The notes below the pieces were generated by a model that was not told the origin of the DNA, did no database searches, and was given only the letters and a program-made list of their open reading frames with translations. This document shows positions 46,801 through 55,714 of a DNA stretch of 64,000 nt, piece after piece. The translations under genes and the position numbers were made by a program. Each line of letters opens with the position of its first letter. Position 1 is the first letter of the stretch. Source of the stretch: a virus (taxonomy: Duplodnaviria; Caudoviricetes); IMG/VR virus record IMGVR_UViG_3300021957_000026, positions 74 through 64,073 of that record; one strand, given 5' to 3'.

Positions 46801-48056
46801 AAAAATGCCTTTGTTATTAAAACCAACCCTGGACCTGCTATAAATTTACCTACAACTTTAAAGAAACCTGATATAAATTTCCCGCCTATTGTATCAGCTT
46901 CTAATGCACCTCCTAAAACATCAGAAGCTTTTGAGGCTACTGAGATAAGATCTTCAAGCAAAGGGCCAAATGTAATAGACCCAACTTTTTCTGCAAAGTC
47001 AGTAACAGAAACAACTAGCAAATTAATTTGAGAAGCTAAGGACTTACTTAATTCAGCATTTCTTTCAAAAGCATCATTTCCAGCGTTTGCGGCTGCATCT
47101 GTAGCTTTGGCGAATATAGAAGTTTCAGAGGATAAATCTTTTAAAGCTGCGCTGACAACGTTGATTTGGAAAACTCCACCAGCTAGCTCTTTAATTGCGC
47201 TTGCCTTCGTAGGATCAGATATTTTCCCAAGAGCGTTAGAAAGAGCTTCTAATTTTTGCACTCCACTTTGAGAAGCATCTATTTCTACTCCAAGCTGTTG
47301 TAATTGGTCAATTGTTTTTCCTCGGCTCAATCTTGTGAAGATAGATTTAAATGCGTTACCTATAACAGCTCCTCCTCGTGCTGTTTTTTGCTCTACCGCA
47401 GTAATTAATCCGAGTAATTCATTAAAACTAACTCCAGCATCTTCAGCAGTAGAACCCGCTCGGCTAAAGCCGTCTGCGAGGTCTTGAGCCGAAACAGCGA
47501 ATCTAGTGTCAACAGCAACCAACCTATTGGTTACGTCAACTGCGGTCAACCCAGCAGATTGAAATCCATTTATAGCAGCAGTAAGGGCTTTAACAGACTG
47601 TTCCGCACCTAAGCCAGATACCCTTGTCAAAATCATAGCAGCTTCTAATCTTTTAGAAGTCTCAGCTGCGTTTAAACCTTGACGGGCTAATTCACCTGCT
47701 CCAGCCGCAACCGTTTGAAAAGATTGCCCAGTAGCTTTAGCGGCATTAAAAACTGCATCTCTAAATGCCCCAAAGTCTTTTGCACTAGCTCCAAGAATAG
47801 CATTAATCTTAATAAGCTCGTCTTGTACAGTTATGGTTGTACTAATAAGCTTTTTGAAAGCCGTGCCAACTCCAGCAATAACTGCAGTAGTAGCTCCGAA
47901 AGCGAACACACGCGCTGTCGAGGCATCAAGAGACTTTTGAAATTCAGAGGCTTGGCCTGTAATTCGACCCAAAGCTTGTTGTACCTGCTTCGCAGAAGCA
48001 TTGATACTAGCAGGGTTTAAGTTTAGGTTAGCGTTTAATTGGATAGGAGCAGCCAT
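43854..48056 (-). CDS. Tail tape measure protein
   Basis: 1400 aa; TP901-type core (ELARQG...AGSTA..AGVSF.ELLG...TARGGAVIGNAFKSIFTR); Ala/Gly-rich helical. Confidence 0.9.
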   Translation of the reverse strand: MAAPIQLNANLNLNPASINASAKQVQQALGRITGQASEFQKSLDASTARVFAFGATTAVIAGVGTAFKKLISTTITVQDELIKINAILGASAKDFGAFRDAVFNAAKATGQSFQTVAAGAGELARQGLNAAETSKRLEAAMILTRVSGLGAEQSVKALTAAINGFQSAGLTAVDVTNRLVAVDTRFAVSAQDLADGFSRAGSTAEDAGVSFNELLGLITAVEQKTARGGAVIGNAFKSIFTRLSRGKTIDQLQQLGVEIDASQSGVQKLEALSNALGKISDPTKASAIKELAGGVFQINVVSAALKDLSSETSIFAKATDAAANAGNDAFERNAELSKSLASQINLLVVSVTDFAEKVGSITFGPLLEDLISVASKASDVLGGALEADTIGGKFISGFFKVVGKFIAGPGLVLITKAFFNIFRMVTKFAAEGFKSVMAMGSQAEKVKSIESGIVDLLGKDAKLRTILNSKTATQAQKEQAVINAIKAENRLLVQQQLILTNIANVAARRGVSGYDAGKGFTGKGGKKFASGFQQEEAAAMMLGASPDVSAHYGKGTIGGQRFIMNSQEKEIPNFGSNGDSAVIPMYARGYAKGRPRKIKQLNADQRYGMIVAESGSKTDQDFFISQTSRGISATKGAGDNSVAKVNVPTYRLNNSKAKGGMNKHRNSLVRKYTDLFTNDSITMAKMISGGEMPDPVRAKDIKKTLNKGSAKSSIGSVFESGVGALLSTDDFKDFQNRAAGSLMDFRGNSLTNLKGGVNPFNIPPSTEGIEAKHSSSLAGGAAEKIYKILGAPVTAAEKRNKIKPSAREKRRAFQQKGKAAGHMPRYAAGTTNVNSRMHRIKRSQFGQNFGSAVSKNQNFMQTEGGGFKMMGLGMALSGASAGLDSLAASAKEAGNSNGALAASTGSAAMQTASMGAMFGPLGAAIGGVVGALGSLAMAVFDQRDEAEKAEAALENTQKVIANRQGGMAKERAARNEFGFVSGHDAFKEAQDQKNAGMGDRAKDITRLQTILNTSESIQELDDASDQLIKVYKEVGEAMSIRRNIEDLEKSIDATTKKLKSVQLAAGEKISKFQSDIFNQQVMNTAGSTLLGSMKGPQAASLQRQLSTNSDILGVSSAQSGLQKAKLDESNLVVGSEEQIKAAQATRQAADSFKAKIVAAATNMQVRMNAITDRTEAIRIAGEQNRIDMVRNSFSGLASSFTSGKFDVGNAIGIGKQIAAERDPQRKAQMAAELEAEMNAKGVAQLVRDIVLEASGVSSKSMADATMTNQFENVPKNLRGQIRGTFNKEENKKAAELDAEAAVLKTELEALRKKFKNLNENFNVDGVVTSIANLNTNLSAASTNLSSFASATNSVTSIASKVTKATADISILTDMNIVVIDKLKTRIETLEGELESIKPKE

Positions 48057-48074
48057 TAAAACTAATTACACGAA

Positions 48075-48941
48075 TTAGCTTAAAAGGTCTTCTGCTTTAA
48101 GACTTCCTCCTCTTTTAGACATCTTAGCTTTAATGTCTTCAATACCCTCAGTTGTGTCTGGATCTGTTGTTTTTGGCTCGACATACTTTATTATTTTCAA
48201 AGGATCATCCTTTATATCGTCTGGCATATCGACATTTTTAAGCTTATTTAATAAAGCAGAAGCATAAGACAATAAGTGGCGTTGTAATGAGGTGATTGAA
48301 AAAGAATCCTTTTTTATTAAAGATAATGGGTCTCTATAAGATAAAGCAAACAAATCAAAGAAGTAATTGCAGAATGCAGCTTTAATAATGTTGACATCAT
48401 TTGTTAAGATTTCCAACTTGTATTTCACATCTGCCATAGCTAGAAAGATGTCGTTTTCAGATGCCAACTGCTTAAACTCTTTATCGTAATATATTGATTC
48501 GTGGATTAATTTAGTATGCTTCTTTTGAGAGGCACAGTTTTCGGCGCTATAATTTATTATATTCCCCCTCTTTAAATTTAATTCTTGCAACTCTATCTTC
48601 TGTTTTTCAACGGATTTTAAAAAAGATTTCTTCTGCCTCTCGTCTGAGATTTTGGATGCAGCCTTCTCCGCTTTGTTTATAATCCAAGTTAAACTAGAGA
48701 TCTTATCGGAAGAAGCTTTATCCCAGAAGCCTTTTTTGATAGCGTCTTCTAAAAGTTGTTCTTCGGTTTTGAGGCCATTTAAACAAGCTTTCTCAAATTC
48801 ATGTTTCTCGTACTCCTCTAAAGCTAAATTATCCATAACCAAAAAATGCCGAAAATAAAGGCATTTGTCTTTAAGGTTCAGGATACTATATCCTCTTAAG
48901 ATATCTAAGAGAACTAGATACTCAGAGTTTTCTTTTTCCAT
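48075..48941 (-). CDS. Tail assembly chaperone (putative)
   Basis: Located between tail tube and tape measure; helical. Confidence 0.55.
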   Translation of the reverse strand: MEKENSEYLVLLDILRGYSILNLKDKCLYFRHFLVMDNLALEEYEKHEFEKACLNGLKTEEQLLEDAIKKGFWDKASSDKISSLTWIINKAEKAASKISDERQKKSFLKSVEKQKIELQELNLKRGNIINYSAENCASQKKHTKLIHESIYYDKEFKQLASENDIFLAMADVKYKLEILTNDVNIIKAAFCNYFFDLFALSYRDPLSLIKKDSFSITSLQRHLLSYASALLNKLKNVDMPDDIKDDPLKIIKYVEPKTTDPDTTEGIEDIKAKMSKRGGSLKAEDLLS

Positions 48942-49735
48942 TACCCATCAGGGAAGATCTCTTTCATTTTTGCATCAATGCTTTTCTGATCATCTCCCAT
49001 CTTACTGTACCAAATGTTTACAACCATAGCGAGCTTACTGAATGAAGAGTCAAATATGACCTTCTCTGTAACCAAAGATTGTTTCTGCATGTTTTCTATA
49101 TCCTCACAAAGATCTAGATAACAAGCCCTCTTTGCGTCATATCCATCCCCAACAAACAAAGGGAATATCTCTTTATCTCCGTTTTCAGATTCCTGCTCGT
49201 AAAAAGAGAAGTTAAAGATAAACCACTCTAATATTCTCTGCTCTGCTTTAGCGTCAGCCGTCTGGTTAAACTGGTCCCGAAAAGAAGTCTCGAAATCTTG
49301 TACTATTTTTCTGCTTGAGATAAACAACTCTTTAGCCTCAAGAAGTTTTTTCTGTTGATCCTCCTGTAAATCATCCTGACCTTCGTAAAATTCTATGATT
49401 TTAGCAGACTCTACATTGTCAAGTATTGCTTTGTTTGCTACCTCTTCAAGTAATTTAGAGGACTGGCCTCCAATATCACCAATTTTTTTATTGAGCATCG
49501 CCTTTGTTAGAAAGCCAGCGTTAATAAGCTCATTATATTTTTGACCATAAAAGAATTCTGCATCTTCCACATCTGCGAAAGAAGGCTTCATAAAAATGAC
49601 CCTATTCTTAGACTTTGATTTAACCGTCTTTTTGCTTTCTACGGTCTCGCCTTTTTTGTTTTTACGTAAACTAGGTACGACTTTTTTGATTTCTCTTGTG
49701 ACAGTAAAGGAATATAACTCTTTTAACTCTTTCAT
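48941..49735 (-). CDS. Tail assembly chaperone (putative)
   Basis: Position; TAATG coupling to the next gene. Confidence 0.55.
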   Translation of the reverse strand: MKELKELYSFTVTREIKKVVPSLRKNKKGETVESKKTVKSKSKNRVIFMKPSFADVEDAEFFYGQKYNELINAGFLTKAMLNKKIGDIGGQSSKLLEEVANKAILDNVESAKIIEFYEGQDDLQEDQQKKLLEAKELFISSRKIVQDFETSFRDQFNQTADAKAEQRILEWFIFNFSFYEQESENGDKEIFPLFVGDGYDAKRACYLDLCEDIENMQKQSLVTEKVIFDSSFSKLAMVVNIWYSKMGDDQKSIDAKMKEIFPDG

Positions 49736-49794
49736 AAATTAGTAAGATACTGATATATTATCAGTTTTATCTTATGAAATTCAATTATTATATT

Positions 49795-50193
49795 TTAATA
49801 AGTCAATTTACAAGAAGAGTCTCCTTTGTTTGTGATCTCTAGAGATGACTGTCCTATTTTTTCAAACTCAACCCTTATTGGCTTATGTGTTAAAGTTGTA
49901 TAGTTGTTTTTAATCAAAGATTCATCTATGTAGTAAGATACATGACAATCTTCATGGATGTGAGTTTCTATAGAGAAAGGTACATCGTGTCTATAGCCAC
50001 CTACAAAGTCACCATCTTGATCGAAGATATAACCACTTTGTCCAGTAAATAAAATACCAGAATACTCTAAGCCGTTAGCCGAATTGACCCCAGAACCAAT
50101 TGCGACTTTAAATCCAGATTCTGTATGATCTATATTAAACTCTAAATTAATTACAGAGTTGCTATACCCAGTGATATCTTGATAAACTAACAT
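49795..50193 (-). CDS. Small structural protein
   Basis: Start MLVYQD at 50193, 10 nt after GTGTAA; [ST]G-rich. Confidence 0.55.
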   Translation of the reverse strand: MLVYQDITGYSNSVINLEFNIDHTESGFKVAIGSGVNSANGLEYSGILFTGQSGYIFDQDGDFVGGYRHDVPFSIETHIHEDCHVSYYIDESLIKNNYTTLTHKPIRVEFEKIGQSSLEITNKGDSSCKLTY

Positions 50194-50209
50194 CAATACT
50201 ATATTACAC

Positions 50210-50240
50210 AAAAAAGCCCCATCTTTCGATGAGGCTTTTT
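50210..50240 (-). terminator. Intrinsic terminator after major tail gene
   Basis: aaaaagcctcatc-gaaa-gatggggctttttt on the minus strand. Confidence 0.85.
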
Positions 50241-50264
50241 GAAATGCAATAGTCAGATTTTCTA

Positions 50265-51518
50265 TTAAGTCTGGGATAAAGGTTGATGAGCGAAGAAGTC
50301 CCCTGCGCTAGCCCCTTTTGCAAGTAAAGTATTAACAGCTGTTCTTGTTGTACCAGCTTCACCACTCCAGAAAACACCTTCGTCGGTATTTGAGGCACCT
50401 CCGATTTGAGTACTAAATGTCAAATCTACAGTTTCGTTATCATCTAATCCTTGAGAGAATGACTGGTTATCTAAGTAACAATCTTTAAAATCGTAGTGTT
50501 GAGCGACGACACCATTATCTTTCTTAATCTGAATTTGAATATCGGTGGTTTTGTTGCCAGCAGTCCCTGTTAAAACATTTTCCAAGGCTCCCGCAGAGAA
50601 GTTTTTCAAAACAGCACTCATATTAAGAGTAACATTAATTGGGAATTCAAGAGGTTTTGCATATGCTCTTTCTTTTCCTAGGCATTCGATATTCCCGCGA
50701 GACAATGGAAGCTCAACAGAGCAGCTCTGTACGCAGACATCTCCAAAGTGAGTTCCTCCAACAAGATGTGCGTTATGAGAGTTCGTGTCGATCTTGGAAA
50801 TATTATTATTTTTAAATGTTACATGCACATCGTCAGGTCTTAGGACGAGTATCTCGTCATTTCCAGTAGTGGGAGCAGTGAGCGTAATCATACCTTCATC
50901 TGCTCGATTGCCATCTTCGTTAATCGCTGGATTTCTTAGTCCAACATGAGACCCAGTCCAAAAGACTATGTTTGAAGCTTCCATTTCAACATCTGCTCTT
51001 GGAATCTCTCCAACCGCAAAATTAGCTGTATAATTTGTTAAAACGCAGTTTCCGAAACCAATGACATCATGAGATGTATTTTGACCAGTAAAAATTGTTT
51101 CATTAAAAGCATCCTCGCCTTCTTTCGCGGTTAAAACATAAAGGTTCTTCTCCCTGTAATCAGGGTCTTCTGCTGTAATTCCAGAAACAATCGAACCTTG
51201 CAAGGTACTACCTGCAAGACTGCCATTGTTAGCACTATACAATCCGAGTAGGATTTCGTTTTTTCCATCTCCTAGGTAGTAACCTAAAGAGACACTTGGG
51301 GCGATATCAGACATAGTCTGAACTCCGATACGAGACAATTGACCGAATTCGCGGATATCTTGTCTACTACCTGCCAAATCAACATCGAAAGACAATGTGT
51401 CAATTCTATTGAGTTGTTGGGGGTGTAATTGCTCAGTGGCCGCATTACCACCGTAGATTCCAGTTGTCGAAGCATAAACTGCTTTGTTTTGAGATATAAT
51501 TCTTGTTCTTGAGGCCAT
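50265..51518 (-). CDS. Major tail (tube) protein
   Basis: R.DI.EFGQ, R..IECLG....Y..P..FP, tube-like beta pattern; own promoter and terminator. Confidence 0.7.
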   Translation of the reverse strand: MASRTRIISQNKAVYASTTGIYGGNAATEQLHPQQLNRIDTLSFDVDLAGSRQDIREFGQLSRIGVQTMSDIAPSVSLGYYLGDGKNEILLGLYSANNGSLAGSTLQGSIVSGITAEDPDYREKNLYVLTAKEGEDAFNETIFTGQNTSHDVIGFGNCVLTNYTANFAVGEIPRADVEMEASNIVFWTGSHVGLRNPAINEDGNRADEGMITLTAPTTGNDEILVLRPDDVHVTFKNNNISKIDTNSHNAHLVGGTHFGDVCVQSCSVELPLSRGNIECLGKERAYAKPLEFPINVTLNMSAVLKNFSAGALENVLTGTAGNKTTDIQIQIKKDNGVVAQHYDFKDCYLDNQSFSQGLDDNETVDLTFSTQIGGASNTDEGVFWSGEAGTTRTAVNTLLAKGASAGDFFAHQPLSQT

Positions 51519-51552
51519 ATTCTATAGAAAGGTTTCTTCTTATTACACGATT

Positions 51553-52431
51553 TTACAAACGAGGGAACCTGTAAGTAGACAAATCGAAGTCAATGAACCC
51601 AATAGAAAAGTTTCTATTTAATTCTTCACGAATACTTTCGGAGACCACTTTTGATACAGAAACCTTATCTATATGAGAAGTCATTGGATTAGTTTGGCTA
51701 GCCTTTAAGGTATCATATTTATAAGGGAAATTTTTGATAGAATAAGAGTACCCGTACGGGAATTCTTCGTATGGAATATGAGTGATTTGCTCTCTAGCTG
51801 TGTCTCTCAATCTAGATATTACTGAATCCAAAATATAAGAATCTTTCGTGAGAACCATAACCCTAACTCTTGTCTCTGTATTCTCTTCTCCTCCAAATGC
51901 AAATTCTTCATTAGAAGACGAAGCTAAAGAAACAAAACATGCAGGTAAGAAATAAGTAGTTTCATCTAATGGTTTCTCTTTTTTGTACAAGTAGGGGTCT
52001 GTACCCGTTCCATCCTCAATAAAATCAGAATGCATTATAAAATCAGCCTCATTATCGTGCGCGATATATGTGTTAACTTCTTTTACAGTAGATAACCCTG
52101 ATATAGTCATGCCTGTACCAGAGAGCTTCGGGAAAAGAATCCTGCCGTTTTGATAATCTATATGAACCCCATCATTCCCTGCAGAGTTACCAGTGATAAA
52201 AGTATCTCCAACATAAAATCCTGAGTTAGGTGTATCTACATTAGATTCAGCGACTAATTGTCTAAATTGACCCTGATAGGCAATCATGTCAGATGGAACA
52301 TTGTTAAATTCCACATATTTAAAAGAATTTTTAACTTCTGTTAAGTAAGCTTTTGTATCATCTCGGAGTAAACGATTCTCCAACCAGAGATAAAAACTGG
52401 ATAAAACATTCTGGTCAAATTGAGCTTTCAT
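51553..52431 (-). CDS. Tail completion/terminator protein
   Basis: Neck-region position; LPACFV...FAFGG. Confidence 0.55.
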   Translation of the reverse strand: MKAQFDQNVLSSFYLWLENRLLRDDTKAYLTEVKNSFKYVEFNNVPSDMIAYQGQFRQLVAESNVDTPNSGFYVGDTFITGNSAGNDGVHIDYQNGRILFPKLSGTGMTISGLSTVKEVNTYIAHDNEADFIMHSDFIEDGTGTDPYLYKKEKPLDETTYFLPACFVSLASSSNEEFAFGGEENTETRVRVMVLTKDSYILDSVISRLRDTAREQITHIPYEEFPYGYSYSIKNFPYKYDTLKASQTNPMTSHIDKVSVSKVVSESIREELNRNFSIGFIDFDLSTYRFPRL

Positions 52432-53054
52432 TTGTCTAATCTTTGTAAACTCTTTTTCAGTCCATTAAATAAAGCTGAAATGTAAGGAGTCTCCTTAAAT
52501 GTTACACTCTTTTTACTATTTTTAATCTGGATACCTGTACCAGAATTAGAACGACCAAATCCAGCAGAGCTATAAAGATAACTACCTAAGTTGCTTATGC
52601 CTTTCTCTATACCTTCCGCCCAACTAGAGCCAGAAGCCCAAGGTAGGGGGGTGATTGCAAAAATTTCTTCTTTTGTGGGTACAAAAACCGTAACTTTAAA
52701 TCTACCACTGGAAACAGCTCTAACTTTAAATCTCATTTTCTCAGAGAGCAGTGCCTGAATCACATCGGTGGGATTTGCTCCAGAATCAAAACCTATAAAG
52801 GAAAACAGGTTACCATATCCATTTAATGATCCACTTATGTTTGGAGCGTTGGGTCCACTCTGCAATTCGCGAGTGACCGCATGAGAGCTGAAATCTCTTA
52901 CCAGTTTCTTTTGAGCCTCTTCTATCTTAGGAGCCAATTCTTTACGAAGTTCCATCGTAGTAGCCCTTGAATTTTTAAAGGTGATATCCTTGAGTAATTG
53001 AGCGCGATTAATCTCAACCACAAATTTTGTAGCAGATAAAAAGGGCTTAGGCAT
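52428..53054 (-). CDS. Neck / virion morphogenesis protein
   Basis: Position; basic; EGIEKG motif. Confidence 0.55.
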   Translation of the reverse strand: MPKPFLSATKFVVEINRAQLLKDITFKNSRATTMELRKELAPKIEEAQKKLVRDFSSHAVTRELQSGPNAPNISGSLNGYGNLFSFIGFDSGANPTDVIQALLSEKMRFKVRAVSSGRFKVTVFVPTKEEIFAITPLPWASGSSWAEGIEKGISNLGSYLYSSAGFGRSNSGTGIQIKNSKKSVTFKETPYISALFNGLKKSLQRLDK

Positions 53055-53503
53055 CAGTTCTCTCGTTTTAGATATAACATAAAGAATGTCGCCGAAAATG
53101 GACCAACACTCTTAGCGTCGGAGTCAACCACGTACAAGATATCATCAACCTCTATCCTAGAACAAATCTTGATTTTCTCGTAAGCTTTCTCGTCAACTTT
53201 TATTCGGACTCTTCCGTCAGAAGACTTCAGGTTGAGTTGACCATTACCATCTAAAACATTTTCTCCTTGATCATTTTCATGGAAGATCCTAGCTTTAAAA
53301 GTAAATTTAGTTAAAACAGTTTTCCCGCTTACTTGAGAAGCATCCTTAGCCTTTCCGTACAAAGGATTATAACTTGCTACAGAAGGTCTGGTAGCTATTC
53401 GTTTTTCAACAAACACATAGATGTCTCTAGCAAAAGTATCGTGAACATTAGTGAAAACATTCTGCAAAGATCTTTTTTGGGCTGATGTAAGTAAAGATGC
53501 CAT
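53054..53503 (-). CDS. Head closure/stopper protein (putative)
   Basis: Position and size (149 aa). Confidence 0.55.
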   Translation of the reverse strand: MASLLTSAQKRSLQNVFTNVHDTFARDIYVFVEKRIATRPSVASYNPLYGKAKDASQVSGKTVLTKFTFKARIFHENDQGENVLDGNGQLNLKSSDGRVRIKVDEKAYEKIKICSRIEVDDILYVVDSDAKSVGPFSATFFMLYLKREN

Positions 53504-54024
53504 TAGAATCCTCTGTAGTAACTTCTAGAGCTGTATCCATCATAAGAATCAATAGGACCAGCCCCGTCAAGACCAGCGACCTGTGAGGGATTTGACTTGT
53601 AAACATTATATTTGCCGACAAGATCATTAAGTTTTTTCTCAGTAGATTCTTTAAGCTCGAAAAACGTTTTGGCAACTGAGTTCTTATTCTGTCTCTGAAT
53701 AGTGGTATCACCTTCTTTTAAGGTTAGCCAATCATCTTCAGCATTGTAGACAAAACCTCTTAGAGCGTCTCTAGATGCTTTTTCATAATAATGGATCTCG
53801 TACATAGTAGAATAAATATTTTCTTCTACTGGAAGTAGTCCAGAACCAACTTCTATCTCAATAGCTCCAGTGGAGTTTACATAAAACTCTTCGTTTAATA
53901 AACCATTCAGTTCTCCTATATTGGTATCTAGCCAACCAGACACGTAAGAGACAGGAAATCTCTGTCTATCTTCAGAGAATTCATAGTTAACAATATCTGT
54001 CGCAAGTCTACCAAGATCATTCAT
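53503..54024 (-). CDS. Head-tail adaptor protein (putative)
   Basis: Position; LKEGDTTI motif. Confidence 0.55.
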   Translation of the reverse strand: MNDLGRLATDIVNYEFSEDRQRFPVSYVSGWLDTNIGELNGLLNEEFYVNSTGAIEIEVGSGLLPVEENIYSTMYEIHYYEKASRDALRGFVYNAEDDWLTLKEGDTTIQRQNKNSVAKTFFELKESTEKKLNDLVGKYNVYKSNPSQVAGLDGAGPIDSYDGYSSRSYYRGF

Positions 54025-54027
54025 AGA

Positions 54028-54474
54028 TTAGTCTTTGAATAACCTTACAACAGAATCATAATCTGGGGAACTTTTATCAATGATAGGTTTAGCTTGGCCT
54101 TGTACTGTAACATTATGTTTTCTCGCATATAGATCAAAGGCGGTAGAAAGAGCTTTTTTCATTTGAGTTACATAAGGAGGGGGATTAATACCTACGTTTT
54201 GACACATATTACTAACATCAGAAACCGACATAGAAGATAAATTCTCTCGAAAAATATCTTTATCTAATGTCTTAAATGGGTTCATCTGTTCAATTCCCAA
54301 AAGATCTTCAAGTTCTTTTACTTGTTTAATCTGTTCTTCTTTATCGTCCCGCTGCTTTCCATCAGCAACTATAAACTCCTCCATAGAAGCTTTTTGCTTT
54401 TCTGTGTCGTTCGCAGGTTCTTCTTTAGCGACAACGATTTCAACCTCTTCTGAATTATTTTCGTCAGTTTCCAT
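54028..54474 (-). CDS. Hypothetical protein
   Basis: 148 aa following the capsid terminator; TTGACT-17-CATAAT and GTGTAA both upstream. Confidence 0.7.
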   Translation of the reverse strand: METDENNSEEVEIVVAKEEPANDTEKQKASMEEFIVADGKQRDDKEEQIKQVKELEDLLGIEQMNPFKTLDKDIFRENLSSMSVSDVSNMCQNVGINPPPYVTQMKKALSTAFDLYARKHNVTVQGQAKPIIDKSSPDYDSVVRLFKD

Positions 54475-54506
54475 ATCTTATTATGATAATATTACACTAA
54501 AAAGTC

Positions 54507-54540
54507 AAAAAAAAGAGCCGCCCCTTTCAGAGCGACTCTT
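54507..54540 (-). terminator. Intrinsic terminator after major capsid gene
   Basis: aagagtcgctct-gaaa-ggggcggctctt followed by T tract (minus strand). Confidence 0.85.
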
Positions 54541-54559
54541 AAATTTGTAGTAAACTGAA

Positions 54560-55699
54560 TTATACAGAGATACCGACAAGAGCACGGTCGTCAATACAGA
54601 CGCGACCCTCTTCGATTTTACCGTAGTAACCAATCTTGTTCTGACGTACAGAGAACTGATCATCAACGAGAACGCTGAGTTCACCAGTCGATCCTTCATC
54701 AAGAACAACAGGGCGAAGAAGAACATCACGAGAACGATCAACACCAACGAGAATTTCGTCAGCAGCAGTGCTCCAAGCACCACTACTGGTACCTGCAACA
54801 GTAGCACCTTCAGAAGCAACAACAGCACCAAAGATCTTGTTGAAACGCTGACCAATTCCCATTTCGAGAACTTCGATGATATTGATACCATAGAAGCTAG
54901 GAAGCCCAGCACCGCTGTAGAGTTGCTCACGAAGAGTCTCAGGAGCAGCAAGTCCAGAAGCAGCTCCTGTAGGAGTAGTTCCTTGAGCGCCAGCAGTGTT
55001 GATTGGATTGTAAGCCATAGCACGAAGCTTCTCAACCATTTCTGGTGAAGCGAGAAGATCGGTTACTCCAACCTTAGATCCGCCAACAGGAGTACCGCTA
55101 GCCCATGAGCTATTAATACGCTTAGACTTAGTGATAAGCCTGTTGAAATCGTCAAGCACAAGAGCACCTGCAGATCCAGACCCAATAATGTGTCCACCAG
55201 CAGCGCCAGTCGAATTACCTTTTACGAGAGCAGTTGCCAACACATTAAATGCGGTACGCTCTTGCTTAAGCATAACTTCCTGAGCCATGCGAGTAAAGGT
55301 TTTGGAAACAACGTCAACGCGAGCCTTCTTAGCATACTTACGGTCGAAAGCAAGTGCGCTATCGAGGGTGTAAGTGCTAAACTTAAGCTCGTTGTGAGCA
55401 GGGAAGACTTGGCTATAAGGAAGACCACCAGCAACTTGCTGAGAGTAAACGTTAATATAGTCTTCTTCCGTGATGTCGTGGAAGAGATCCAAAGGGAGGG
55501 ATGGATTGTCATCAGCTTGATAAGTCAAGGTGGTGAAAAGATTCCCTACAGTAACTGCGTTATTGATAACTTCAGTGACCACTGGTCCAAGAAGTTCTGC
55601 AACAGCGGCCTGTGCTTCGAAAGCCTCTTCACGATTATTTGAACCCATAGCGCGAACTAGGGCTAACTGATCTTCAGTTCTTTTAATAGTAATTTTCAT
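54560..55699 (-). CDS. Major capsid protein
   Basis: 379 aa after protease/scaffold and decoration genes; GC-richer composition suggesting high expression; strong terminator. Confidence 0.8.
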   Translation of the reverse strand: MKITIKRTEDQLALVRAMGSNNREEAFEAQAAVAELLGPVVTEVINNAVTVGNLFTTLTYQADDNPSLPLDLFHDITEEDYINVYSQQVAGGLPYSQVFPAHNELKFSTYTLDSALAFDRKYAKKARVDVVSKTFTRMAQEVMLKQERTAFNVLATALVKGNSTGAAGGHIIGSGSAGALVLDDFNRLITKSKRINSSWASGTPVGGSKVGVTDLLASPEMVEKLRAMAYNPINTAGAQGTTPTGAASGLAAPETLREQLYSGAGLPSFYGINIIEVLEMGIGQRFNKIFGAVVASEGATVAGTSSGAWSTAADEILVGVDRSRDVLLRPVVLDEGSTGELSVLVDDQFSVRQNKIGYYGKIEEGRVCIDDRALVGISV

Positions 55700-55714
55700 A
55701 ATCTGTGAGTAAAT

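Noticed and set aside
48930-48990. Programmed -1 frameshift between the tail chaperones
   Set aside because: No XXXYYYZ slippery heptamer seen near the first stop; the genes are joined by a simple TAATG overlap
14719-52507. Additional GTGTAA hexamers inside coding regions (e.g. ~14720, 38461, 52502)
   Set aside because: Not near start codons and expected by chance; excluded from the promoter list
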